Source of the DNA: Thermoanaerobaculia bacterium
Lineage (GTDB): Bacteria > Acidobacteriota > Thermoanaerobaculia > Gp7-AA8
Length of the DNA stretch: 64,000 nucleotides
Reading direction: 5' to 3'
NCBI GenBank assembly: GCA_035569395.1
Contig: DATMNC010000002.1
Location: forward strand, 75,593-139,592
The notes under the pieces are model-generated. The model did not search any database. It worked only from the letters and a program-made list of their open reading frames with translations, and was not told the DNA's origin. This document shows, one piece after another, positions 1-8,200 of the stretch (position 1 is its first letter; every line of letters starts with the position of its first letter). The translations under genes and the position numbers were made by a program.

Positions 1-37
1 GAAACACGCTCAGGATCTTGAGGGGGAGGTTGTTCAT

Positions 38-245
38 GGGGTTGCTGGGTTGCTGGGTTGCTGGGTTGCTGAGTAGGGTCTCGCGGTCTCGGGGTTGCGC
101 GGTCTCGCGGTGGGCGATGGGTGACGACTGTGCGGAAACTCAAAGTCTGGCGACCAACTGAGCCTCGAAGGCGCAGCCCCGCGAGACCGCGAGACCGCGA
201 GACCGCGAGACCAGGTAACCAAGCAACCCAGCAACTCAGCAACCA
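38..245. repeat. Composite inverted-repeat element; arms are tandem octamers GGTTGCTG x4 and GGTCTCGC x4 mirrored by CGCGAGAC x4 and CAGCAACC copies
   Basis: Direct reading: 38-110 is the reverse complement of 170-243 around a ~60-bp unique centre; the six-frame ORFs here (34..249, 121..522) are translations of the repeats. Confidence 0.7.
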
Positions 246-268
246 TCATTTCCTCAACGCAGTAACCA

Positions 269-1042
269 TCACTTCCTCATCGCCCTCAACCTCTCATGCA
301 TCAACCGCAGGAGCTGCTCGCGGTCGAGGTTCTCGTGCAGCACGCCCTCGGTCGCGGCGGCGATCGAGCCATTCTCCTCCGAGATCACCAACACGAGGGC
401 ATCGCTGTCCTCGGAGAGGCCGAGGGCGGCGCGATGGCGCGTGCCGTGAGCCAGCTTCGGATCGGCGGACGTCGTCAGCGGCAGAAAGGCGCCGGCGGCG
501 ACGATGCGGTTGCCGCGGATGATGGCCGCACCGTCGTGGAGCGGTCCGCCGGGGACGAAGATGCTGATCAGCAGCTCCTCCGAGACGATGGCATCGACCG
601 GCTTGGCCGACTCCGCGTACATGCGCAGGCTCTGCGCGCGCTCGATGGCGATCAGCGCACCGATGCGATGCGCCGAAAGCACCGCCGTCGCGCCGGCGAT
701 GGCCTCGAACGGCACCGGTGAGGTGACGTTGGCCACGAGCGACAGCAACGGATTCGATGCCATCCGCGCCAGCGCGCGGCGGATCTCGGCCTGGAACAGC
801 ACGATCACCGCGAACGGCAGGTAGAAGAGGATCTCCCGCGAGATCGCCTCCAGCGCCGGCAGATCGAAGGCCCGGGCCACGAAGAACGAGCTCCCGAGGA
901 CCACCAGCCCGATCGACACCTGCATCGCCCGCGTCCCGCGGATCAGCGCCAGGATGCTGTAGATGACGAAGGCGACGATGGTGACGTCGATCGCATCGCG
1001 CCATGTGAACTGGAGGGAGAGAAGCCGGTCGTACCAGTTCAT
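269..1042 (-). CDS. cdaA: Diadenylate cyclase (c-di-AMP synthase) CdaA, membrane-anchored
   Basis: 257 aa; N-terminal hydrophobic helices; DAC-domain motifs DGAAIIRGNRIVAAGAFLPL and GTRHRAALGLSEDSDALVLVISEENGSI. Confidence 0.8.
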   Translation of the reverse strand: MNWYDRLLSLQFTWRDAIDVTIVAFVIYSILALIRGTRAMQVSIGLVVLGSSFFVARAFDLPALEAISREILFYLPFAVIVLFQAEIRRALARMASNPLLSLVANVTSPVPFEAIAGATAVLSAHRIGALIAIERAQSLRMYAESAKPVDAIVSEELLISIFVPGGPLHDGAAIIRGNRIVAAGAFLPLTTSADPKLAHGTRHRAALGLSEDSDALVLVISEENGSIAAATEGVLHENLDREQLLRLMHERLRAMRK

Positions 1043-1049
1043 ACGGCAC

Positions 1050-1115
1050 CTCCGGCGAGTTGTCTGCGGTTGCGCCGCGTTGTCTGCGCCTGCGGCGCGT
1101 TGTCTGCGGCGTGGC
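1050..1115. repeat. Three tandem copies of an ~18-bp unit (CGCGTTGTCTGCG core) in the cdaA-folP intergenic region
   Basis: gagttgtctgcggttgcgc / cgcgttgtctgcgcctgcggcg / cgttgtctgcggcgtgg read directly. Confidence 0.6.
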
Positions 1116-1236
1116 CGCGTGGCCGGTGGCTTGGCGTTCTCTGTATTACTAACTCTTGGTATCTGGGCGTGACGGGAAGATTTCGCAAAACGAGCCGTCG
1201 CCCCGAAAAGAGCTCGCGCCTTCCTAACGCCGAGAG

Positions 1237-1270
1237 CCCTTCTCCCCCAGCGCTTTTCAGCTGGGGGAGA
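1237..1270. other. Perfect 13-bp stem hairpin CTTCTCCCCCAGC-gcttttca-GCTGGGGGAGAAG
   Basis: Inverted repeat read directly; lies between folP 3' end and cdaA start on the minus strand; no U-tract on either strand. Confidence 0.5.
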
Positions 1271-1337
1271 AGGTGCCGAAGGCGGATGAGGGGGCGGTGC
1301 TTGCCATGTCCTCGACGGTATCCAGGTGCAGGCGCCG

Positions 1338-2120
1338 TCATCGCTTCGCCTCGATCGCCACGAGCACTTTCAGAAAATCGACCGTGGCACGCACATCGTG
1401 TACTCGTACGATCGCCGCACCGGCGCGTTGAGCGGCGGCGACGGCGGCCAGGGAGCCGAGGGCGCGGTCGGGGCCGGAGGGGCGTCCGGTCAGGTGGCCG
1501 ATGAAGGCCTTGCGCGAGGCGCCGATGACGACCGGGCCGAGCGCCGTCAGCTCGTGCGCCCGCGCCAGCAGCTCCAGGTTCTGGTCGAACGTCTTGGCGA
1601 AACCGATCCCGGGATCGATCAGGATCTTCCCTGGATCGACCCCGGCTTCGACGGCATCATCGATCATCGACGACAGCTCTCGGCTGACGTCGGTCACCAC
1701 ATCGTCGTAGACGGCGAATTGCTGCATCGTGGCCGGCTCGCCGCGCATGTGCATCAGGATCACCGGTACGCCGGTTCTGGCGACGACCGCGGCCATCCCC
1801 GCCGAGTAGCGCATCGCGCTCACATCATTGACCAGATCCGCCCCCGCCCCGATGGCCTCCTCGGCCACCTCCGCTTTGCGCGTGTCGATGGAGATCGTGA
1901 CGGCGCTCCGGCGGCGGATCTGTTCGATCACAGGCAGCACGCGGTCGATCTCGATTTGCGCCGCCAGAGGCTCCGCGCCGGGCCGTGTCGATTCCCCGCC
2001 AATGTCGATGATCGCCGCCCCATCCTCCTCCATCTGCAGCGCGGCATGGACGGCTTTCGATTGATCGAAGTGAACGCCGCCGTCGGAGAAGGAGTCGGGC
2101 GTGATGTTGAGGATGCCCAT
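1338..2120 (-). CDS. folP: Dihydropteroate synthase
   Basis: DHPS motifs GILNITPDSFSDGG, IDIGGESTRPGA, DPGIGFAKT; start placed at MGILN (Met30 of the six-frame ORF) because the upstream residues (HSTFNIEHST) are a translation of the TGTTGAA repeat. Confidence 0.85.
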   Translation of the reverse strand: MGILNITPDSFSDGGVHFDQSKAVHAALQMEEDGAAIIDIGGESTRPGAEPLAAQIEIDRVLPVIEQIRRRSAVTISIDTRKAEVAEEAIGAGADLVNDVSAMRYSAGMAAVVARTGVPVILMHMRGEPATMQQFAVYDDVVTDVSRELSSMIDDAVEAGVDPGKILIDPGIGFAKTFDQNLELLARAHELTALGPVVIGASRKAFIGHLTGRPSGPDRALGSLAAVAAAQRAGAAIVRVHDVRATVDFLKVLVAIEAKR

Positions 2121-2145
2121 CACCAATGGAGAGGCGTTCAAACCC

Positions 2146-2246
2146 AATGTTGAATGTTCAATGTTGAATGTTGAATGTTGAATGACCATGGCACACCGCC
2201 TCTTCATTCAACATTGAACATTGAACATTCAACATTCGACATTTCG
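2146..2246. repeat. Hairpin element of tandem TGTTGAA heptamers and their reverse complement (copy 1 of 2)
   Basis: aatgttgaatgttcaatgttgaatgttgaatgttgaatg ... cattcaacattgaacattgaacattcaacattc; same family at 29949-30073. Confidence 0.75.
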
Positions 2247-2261
2247 TCCCCTCTGAATGAT

Positions 2262-2345
2262 CGAGTGATTAGTAGATTAGTAGGTTCGTGGATCGGTGCG
2301 AAGTGCCCACTAATCTACTAATCCACTGATCACTTCCCCCTCACG
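2262..2345. repeat. Inverted-repeat element with GATTAGTA / CCACTGATCAC arms
   Basis: gtgattagtagattagtagg ... ccactaatctactaatccactgatcac; related element at 22290-22385. Confidence 0.55.
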
Positions 2346-3630
2346 AATCCCTCTCTCTCCGTATCCGCGCCCCCAGCGGATTCAGTCGTTCCTCGATCCG
2401 CTCGTACCCCCGGTCGATCTGATGAATGTTATGGATCACGCTCTCGCCTTTGGCACACAACGCCGCCAGCAGCAGCGCCATGCCGGCACGGATGTCGGGG
2501 CTGGAGATCTCGGCGCCGCTGAGCCGGTTGCCGCCGACGATGATGGCCCGGTGCGGATCGCAGAGGATGATGCGCGCTCCCATCTGGATCAGTTTGTCGG
2601 TGAAGAAGAGTCTCGATTCGAACATTTTCTCGAAGATCATCACCGTCCCCTCGGCCTGCGTGGCGATGACGATCATGATCGACAGCAGATCGGCGGGGAA
2701 GAGCGGCCACGGCCCGTCGTCGATCTTCGGCACCGCCGCCCCGATGTCGTAGCGGACGCGCAGTACCTGATCCTTCGGAACGCGGATATCCTGCCCTTCC
2801 ACCTTGATCTCGAGGCCGAGCTTTTCGAGCATGTAGCGCACCGCGTACATGTGATGCGGCACGGCGTCCTCGATCACCAGCTCGCTGCGCGTGACCGCGG
2901 CCAGGCCGATGTAGGAGCCGACTTCGATGTGGTCGCTGGGGATGTGAAACTCGCCGCCGTGCAGCGATTCGACGCCGCGGATGCGCAGCGAGTTCGTGGC
3001 GATCCCTTCGATCTCCGCGCCGAGGAGGTTGAGAAAGCGGCAGAGATCCTGAACGTGCGGCTCGGCGGCGGCGTTGTAAATCACCGTATCCCCCTCGGCG
3101 AGCACCGCGGCCATGATCGCGTTCTCGGTGGCCGTCACCGACGCCTCATCGAGGAACATATTCGTTCCGCGCAGCGCGCGCACCGACATCCGGTACTCCT
3201 GCGCCGAAACCTCGATCTGCGCGCCGAGCGCCTCCAGCGCCAGCAGGTGCGTGTCGACGCGCCGCCGGCCGATGGCGTCGCCGCCCGGCTTGGCGATGTT
3301 GGCCGCCCCGCAGCGCGCCAGAAGCGGCCCTGCCAGCAGGATCGACGCCCGGATCTTGCGCGAAAGATCGGGATCAGGATTGGACTTGCAGTCGCCCTTG
3401 GCGTGAATACGGACGACGTTCGGATCGAGCTTCTCGACCGACGCCCCGATCCCCTCCATGATCTGAAGCATGACCCGGACGTCCTGTATATCCGGCAGGT
3501 TGCGCAGAACGATGGCCTCGTCCGTGAGCAGGCACGCCGCCAGGATCGGCAGCGCCGCGTTCTTGTTCCCCCCCGGCCGGATGCGCCCTTCCAGACGGCG
3601 TCCGCCTTCGACGATGAATCGTTCCATCAT
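2341..3630 (-). CDS. murA: UDP-N-acetylglucosamine 1-carboxyvinyltransferase MurA (Asp at the catalytic Cys position)
   Basis: Colinear with MurA: GGNKNAALPILAA, AKPGGDAIGRRRVDTH (E. coli PGGCTIGARPVDLH), IHQIDRGYERIEERLNPLGARI; start at MMERF, since the first 38 aa of the ORF translate the upstream repeat. Confidence 0.85.
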   Translation of the reverse strand: MMERFIVEGGRRLEGRIRPGGNKNAALPILAACLLTDEAIVLRNLPDIQDVRVMLQIMEGIGASVEKLDPNVVRIHAKGDCKSNPDPDLSRKIRASILLAGPLLARCGAANIAKPGGDAIGRRRVDTHLLALEALGAQIEVSAQEYRMSVRALRGTNMFLDEASVTATENAIMAAVLAEGDTVIYNAAAEPHVQDLCRFLNLLGAEIEGIATNSLRIRGVESLHGGEFHIPSDHIEVGSYIGLAAVTRSELVIEDAVPHHMYAVRYMLEKLGLEIKVEGQDIRVPKDQVLRVRYDIGAAVPKIDDGPWPLFPADLLSIMIVIATQAEGTVMIFEKMFESRLFFTDKLIQMGARIILCDPHRAIIVGGNRLSGAEISSPDIRAGMALLLAALCAKGESVIHNIHQIDRGYERIEERLNPLGARIRRERDS

Positions 3631-3649
3631 GTGGCGGGGGATTGTATCC

Positions 3650-3851
3650 GCGGTTACGCGGTCTCGCGGTTGCGGGGTCGCGCGGTGGGTTGCTGGGTTG
3701 CAGAATTGCGGTTGCGGGGTGGCAAACAACCAGGAGCTGACCAAGTGTTAACAACCGAGCAACCTTGCAACCCAGCAACCACGCAACCCGATCGAACAAA
3801 CACCGCGAGACCGCGCAACCGCGAGACCCCGCGACCTCAATCCGCGCTACC
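3650..3851. repeat. Composite inverted-repeat element of the GGTCTCGC/GGTTGCTG family
   Basis: 3655-3740 is the reverse complement of 3760-3850 (cgcggtctcgcggttgcgg...gggttgctgggttgcag vs ctgcaacccagcaacc...accgcgagaccgcgcaacc). Confidence 0.7.
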
Positions 3852-4697
3852 ATAACCTCCGTGATCGTCGCCCCTCTCTCGTCCGGCAGCGCGGGCAATT
3901 CCTACTACTTCGAGAGCGACGGGACCTCCATCCTGGTCGATGCCGGACTGGGGCCGCGCGAGACGCGCAAACGGCTGGAACAGGTCGGCAAGACCATCGA
4001 GACCGTGCAGGCCATCGTCATCACCCACGAGCATTACGACCACATCCGCGGCGCCAGCGCCATCGGGCGCAAGTACGGGATCCCGATCTACCTGACCCAG
4101 GGGACGCTCGACAACAGCCGCATCGACCGCGAGGTGATCAAGACCGTTGTCTTTCTTAACGATTCGACGTTCACCATCGGTGAGTTGAACGTCCACGCCC
4201 GCCGCACGCTGCACGATGCCGCCGATCCGGCCTGTTTCGTGATCGAGGCCCGCGACGGCACCCGCGTCGGCGTCGCCAGCGACCTCGGGCACGCCGACGC
4301 GCCGGTGATCCGCCACCTCTCCGACTGCGACGGCCTTTTCTTCGAGGCCAACCACGATCTGGACATGCTGCGCCTGGGCAGCTACCCCTGGTCGCTCAAG
4401 CGCCGGATCATGTCCCGCTTCGGCCACCTCTCGAACGACGATTCGATGTCGGCCGTGCAGCGGATGATCGGCGCCGACCTCAAGAACCTCTGTCTGATCC
4501 ACCTCTCCGAGCGCAACAACCACGAGTCGATCGTCCGCGATATGGCCGGCCGCCTGTTGTCGCGCCTCGGCGTGACGAATCAACTCGAGCTATCGATCGC
4601 CAAACAGTTCGAAGCCACCGGCGTCTACGAGATCTCCCGCCGCCGCCCCACCCGCCCCCGCCTCCCGGCGCTGAATACGCAGATGGCGCTGTTTTAG
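3765..4697 (+). CDS. MBL-fold metallo-hydrolase (YycJ/WalJ-like)
   Basis: ILVDAGLG, ITHEHYDHIRG, GHLSNDDS motifs; the first ~30 codons of the ORF lie in the repeat element, so the true start is probably near 3861 (ITSVIVAPLSSGSAGN). Confidence 0.7.
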   Translation: MQPSNHATRSNKHRETAQPRDPATSIRATITSVIVAPLSSGSAGNSYYFESDGTSILVDAGLGPRETRKRLEQVGKTIETVQAIVITHEHYDHIRGASAIGRKYGIPIYLTQGTLDNSRIDREVIKTVVFLNDSTFTIGELNVHARRTLHDAADPACFVIEARDGTRVGVASDLGHADAPVIRHLSDCDGLFFEANHDLDMLRLGSYPWSLKRRIMSRFGHLSNDDSMSAVQRMIGADLKNLCLIHLSERNNHESIVRDMAGRLLSRLGVTNQLELSIAKQFEATGVYEISRRRPTRPRLPALNTQMALF

Positions 4698-5266
4698 GAG
4701 GGCGGTGCCGACGAAGATTTGCCAAGATCGGGAGCAACGGTCCTCAACTGCGTGAGGACGTTCTGCCCCGCATAGAAGAGCGGCCAGAGGGTGTCCCGTT
4801 TCTCGCCGAGATCGTGCTCCCGCCGTTCTGCCACGTAGACCGCCTCGCGCGTCCGAACATAGAAGCGGACGTGCGCGGGCGGCGGATAGGGGAAGTCGGA
4901 CGTCGCAGCCATCTGATTGAGATAACCGGCCGATTCCCGGACGAAGGCAATTGCCGCCCGCCGGACATTCTCGTGACGGATGCCGCCGATGATGCCTCCG
5001 CCGCTGCTGATGTACAGGCTGGCATCTCCCGTCAAGGCGGCCATTACGCTGGCGGTGGCGTTCGGGAACCCGATGTCCATGACCACGACCAGCGGTTCGT
5101 TCGCCTCTCCCGTACCGCCACCTGCGGGAACATCGCACAGCACGCCCCGCCGGAGCTCTTTCATCACGTTCCCATCGCCGCCACTCTTCCGCCGCGTCCG
5201 CGCCAGACCGGCAACGACGATGGCGACGACGCCAAGCGCGACAAGCAGCAAAAGGGACGTGCTCAT
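4694..5266 (-). CDS. Hypothetical membrane-anchored protein
   Basis: 190 aa, N-terminal TM helix (LLLLVALGVVAIVVAGLA), no family recognised. Confidence 0.45.
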   Translation of the reverse strand: MSTSLLLLVALGVVAIVVAGLARTRRKSGGDGNVMKELRRGVLCDVPAGGGTGEANEPLVVVMDIGFPNATASVMAALTGDASLYISSGGGIIGGIRHENVRRAAIAFVRESAGYLNQMAATSDFPYPPPAHVRFYVRTREAVYVAERREHDLGEKRDTLWPLFYAGQNVLTQLRTVAPDLGKSSSAPPS

Positions 5267-5550
5267 CCGCCGATGATACTAGGCCGGCACGGCCGGCAGC
5301 GTTGGTTGCCCAAGGCTCCGCCAGCAGTGGCGCAAGACGCTTCTGCCGCGCAGGCTCCCAGGCGGGGCTGACTTCCTCCTCGGGCTGATGTCTACTCCAC
5401 CGACACAGGCTGTAGGCCCCTCCAGACGGGCTCTCTGGACGTCCGCGGAGTGGAATCCTGCGCGTCATTTTCTGGTGTTCAGGACACGCTGTGGCGGTAA
5501 AGTGAGAATCTGGCAGCTCTGGTGTCTGGTTCGAAGGAGTCGAGGAACTC

Positions 5551-5841
5551 ATGACGGTATCCGACATCGTTCGAGAGAAGCGCGAGGAGGTCCTCGCCAT
5601 CGCACGCAAACATGGAGCGTCCAACGTGCGCGTTTTCGGCTCCGTCGCGCGAGGGGAGGCAGCCGAGCAGAGCGACATTGACCTGCTGGTCGATCTCGCT
5701 GCCGGCCGCAGCCTGTTCGACCTCGGCGCATTGGTGATGGAGCTCAATGAATCGATTGGGCAGCATGTGGACGTCGTTACCGATGGCGGTATCAGGAGCC
5801 GAATTCGCGATCGTATCGTCGCGGAAGCCATCCCGCTGTGA
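5551..5841 (+). CDS. Minimal nucleotidyltransferase (MNT) antitoxin of a HEPN/MNT pair
   Basis: GSVARGEAAEQSDIDLLVD (GS-x10-DxD nucleotidyltransferase motif); 4-bp overlap with the downstream HEPN gene. Confidence 0.8.
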   Translation: MTVSDIVREKREEVLAIARKHGASNVRVFGSVARGEAAEQSDIDLLVDLAAGRSLFDLGALVMELNESIGQHVDVVTDGGIRSRIRDRIVAEAIPL

Positions 5842-6110
5842 GAGATCCGGTCGAACGAATCCGCGACATGGTCGAAGCGATCGATCGCATCGAGCGTTAT
5901 GCCGAGCGGGGGAGGGAGGCGTTCGATCGCGATGAACTTATCCAGAGCTGGTTCATCCGCCATCTCCAGATTCTCGGCGAAGCAGCCCGCGCTCTGCCCG
6001 ATGACATCCGTCAGAAGGCCCCGGATATCGAATGGAAGAAGAGCATGCGGCATGTGCTCGTGCACGACTACTTCGGTATCGATCGAAACGTCGTGTGTGG
6101 GCGACGGTGA
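5838..6110 (+). CDS. HEPN-domain (DUF86, HepT-like) toxin
   Basis: R-x4-HxY motif in RHVLVHDY; 90 aa; ATGA overlap with the MNT gene. Confidence 0.75.
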   Translation: MRDPVERIRDMVEAIDRIERYAERGREAFDRDELIQSWFIRHLQILGEAARALPDDIRQKAPDIEWKKSMRHVLVHDYFGIDRNVVCGRR

Positions 6111-6179
6111 AAAGCGAGTTGGGGCCACTTAAGGCTTCTCTCGCGATTCTTCTCGTGAACCTTTCCGCTGAACCGCCAT

Positions 6180-6206
6180 CTTGAGATCACAAATTGTGAT
6201 CTCAAG
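6180..6206. promoter_or_regulatory. 27-bp perfect palindrome CTTGAGATCACAA-A-TTGTGATCTCAAG, candidate operator
   Basis: Read directly; 62 bp upstream of the dprA-like start codon. Confidence 0.4.
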
Positions 6207-6268
6207 ATCGCAGCCATCGCACGTCGGCGGCAACCACAGCCGGTCCGTTCTACGATCGGTGGATCGCA

Positions 6269-7060
6269 TTGATTCACGACTCCTTGAGTCTTCGCTCAGC
6301 AATCACCGCCTACCTCGAGTCACTCGAGCGTTGTAAACTCTTCCTACGCATGGCGACCGAGAACGCGCGAGTGATCCCGACCGAGATCGTGACACTCGAC
6401 CCTGCCGACGTGATGGGCGGCCTCAACGAATATGAGAGACGCCACGCTCCGGAGCAACTATTCGCTTGCGGCGAAGTTGCGTTGCTACGTGCGTCTGCGC
6501 GCGTCGCGGTCGTCGGATCGCGAAAGGCATCGCTGCCTGGTCGAAAGCGGGTGGCGAGACTCGTCAGCGCATTGGTCGAGCGCGATGTTGTGATCGTCAG
6601 CGGCCTCGCGGCCGGTATCGACACCGTAGCTCACGAAGAAACGCTCAGACGAGGCGGACGCACGATCGCAGTTCTTGGAACCCCGATCGACGAAGGGCAT
6701 CCCGCGGCGAACGCGCCGCTTCAGGCGCGGCTGATGAAGAGTCACCTCGTCGTGACGCAGTTTCCTGTTGGTCACCCCACGCTCCGTTCGAACTTCCCGC
6801 GGCGCAACCGCACCATGGCCCTTCTCTGCCACGCCTCCGTGATCGTCGAAGCTGGTGAATCGAGCGGGACGCTGTCCCAAGGGTGGGAAGCGCTCCGGCT
6901 GAACCGGCCACTGTTTATTCTCAAGTCGGTGTTCGAGAACGAAGAGCTGACCTGGCCCGAAGAGATGCGGGAGTACGGAGCGCAGGTGCTCGAAGATGTG
7001 GAGCAGATCCTCCACGTCCTTCCGATCGGACTTCCACCGCTGGAAGAAGTTGCTTTCTAA
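6269..7060 (+). CDS. dprA: DprA/Smf-family DNA-processing protein (Rossmann-fold core, no obvious C-terminal winged helix)
   Basis: VAVVGSRKAS, VSGLAAGIDTVAHEETL, TIAVLGTPID, FPRRNRTMALL, VIVEAGESSGTL match the DprA signature. Confidence 0.65.
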   Translation: MIHDSLSLRSAITAYLESLERCKLFLRMATENARVIPTEIVTLDPADVMGGLNEYERRHAPEQLFACGEVALLRASARVAVVGSRKASLPGRKRVARLVSALVERDVVIVSGLAAGIDTVAHEETLRRGGRTIAVLGTPIDEGHPAANAPLQARLMKSHLVVTQFPVGHPTLRSNFPRRNRTMALLCHASVIVEAGESSGTLSQGWEALRLNRPLFILKSVFENEELTWPEEMREYGAQVLEDVEQILHVLPIGLPPLEEVAF

Positions 7061-7094
7061 GTACACGTTCCCGGAAGAGGGGTGCCCCGTCGGC

Positions 7095-7325
7095 GGCTGA
7101 CCGATTTGAGCCGGCGAAGCCGGCGTAAGGTCCGTCCCCCGGCTTCAGTCGGGGGAAACGCGGGCATCCATTTTTCCGAGCCCGCTTCAGCGGGCGATAG
7201 AGAGGGACACCGCTCTTCTGTCGCCCGCCCCGGCTCAAAGCCGGGGGCCACGGACCTTAAGCCAGCGTCGCTGGCGCAGGCGGTGCCTCCGAAGTCGCCT
7301 TCAGAAAATGCAGGGGGAAGGCGAC
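7095..7325. other. Cluster of at least 6 GC-rich stem-loops (REP-like cluster or structured RNA candidate)
   Basis: GCCGGC-gaag-CCGGC; CCCCCG-gcttcagt-CGGGGG; GCCCGC-ttca-GCGGGC; CCCCGGC-tcaaa-GCCGGGG; GCCAGC-gtc-GCTGGC; GTCGCCTTC-15nt-GAAGGCGAC. Confidence 0.45.
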
Positions 7326-7339
7326 TAAATGATTTTGGC

Positions 7340-7660
7340 AACATCAGAACACTATATTATTCTGCAAGAGCGAAAAATCATTCCGTCGGAACGAATTTTG
7401 ATTCCGCGGGAGCGTTCCGGCGTTCTGACGGAAACGAATTTCGTTCCGATGGATCAAAATTCGTTTCCGACGGAGCCGCCGAGCGCTCCGCGAGAGTCAA
7501 AATTCGTTCTGACAGAATAATATAATGTTCTTTCAGAATGAATTTTGGTTCTCGCAGAATAGTATAATGCTCTGTCAGAACAGATTTTGGTTCCCGCAGA
7601 ATCGTATGATGCTCTGCAAGAACAGAGTCTGCTTCCTGACGAGGACTGTCCCGCCACGTT
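7340..7660. repeat. AT-rich (~40% GC) array: four ~42-bp tandem units each with a TATAAT-like hexamer, plus four ~21-bp near-palindromic units (CGGAAACGAATTTCGTTCCG-like)
   Basis: Units at 7345-7386, 7518-7559, 7560-7601, 7602-7645 (cagaat.gtataatg.tct.tcagaa.aga.tttggtt.ccg) and at 7387-7408, 7424-7447, 7448-7470, 7494-7515. Confidence 0.7.
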
Positions 7661-7679
7661 AGATACGAAGAGGGCGCCC

Positions 7680-8138
7680 TCAATACGGCCACGCGAGCGC
7701 CGACGCAAACCCGGGGATGACCGTCCCCAGCCACTCCGACTGCGCCGACACCAGATCGCGCAGCTCCGCCGCCAGCACCGCGTCGACGGACTTCCCCTCC
7801 CGCGCCGCCAGCTTTTCCAGCGCCACGACCTCCATCCGCGGAATGCGCACCTCCAGATCGCAGAGCCGGAGCAGTTCCGGAATCGCCTCCGCCACATCGG
7901 TGCCGAGCGCCTCTTCGATCGCCTCCTGCTCCCAGAACCCCATCGCGAACGACACCAGCTCCGCCCACGACAGCACGACGCCGTCCCGCGTCGCCTCCCC
8001 CTCCAACTCCCCAACCTCCATCCACCCCTCGACATCCTCGACACTCATCCCGATCGCTCCCGCCGCCGCGGCGGGCGTGTAGGTGGGGTGGGGGTGGAGG
8101 AAGAGGTCGCGGATCAGGGTGGGGGTGGTTGTCGTCAT
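7680..8138 (-). CDS. Hypothetical acidic protein, divergent from an XRE regulator; its 5' end is duplicated at 9196-9290
   Basis: 152 aa ORF; N-terminus MTTTTPTLIRDLFLHP repeated in a second copy; no family recognised. Confidence 0.5.
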   Translation of the reverse strand: MTTTTPTLIRDLFLHPHPTYTPAAAAGAIGMSVEDVEGWMEVGELEGEATRDGVVLSWAELVSFAMGFWEQEAIEEALGTDVAEAIPELLRLCDLEVRIPRMEVVALEKLAAREGKSVDAVLAAELRDLVSAQSEWLGTVIPGFASALAWPY

Positions 8139-8200
8139 CGCAGACTCCTTTGCGTGGCTTTCGAAGAAAGATTCGACGAGAATGCTGATCCCAACGCTGG

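Noticed and set aside
34-522. ORFs 34..249 (-) and 121..522 (+) at the window start
   Set aside because: They are translations of the octamer-repeat inverted element and of the antisense strand of cdaA. They show low complexity and no domain signatures.
2422-3855. 477-aa plus-strand ORF antisense to murA, with many similar long ORFs elsewhere
   Set aside because: Long stop-free antisense or alternate frames are expected at ~67% GC. Each overlaps a gene with clear family motifs and shows Arg/Ala/Pro-rich low-complexity translation. Comparable cases are 22500..23846, 23906..24703, 32775..34580, 33593..34348, 34802..36601, 36566..37474, 36778..37746, 59880..60917 and 60967..61803.
7340-7660. 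Possible CRISPR array in the AT-rich repeat region
   Set aside because: The repeats are directly tandem or interleaved with a second repeat family. There are no unique spacers of uniform length, and no cas genes are nearby.
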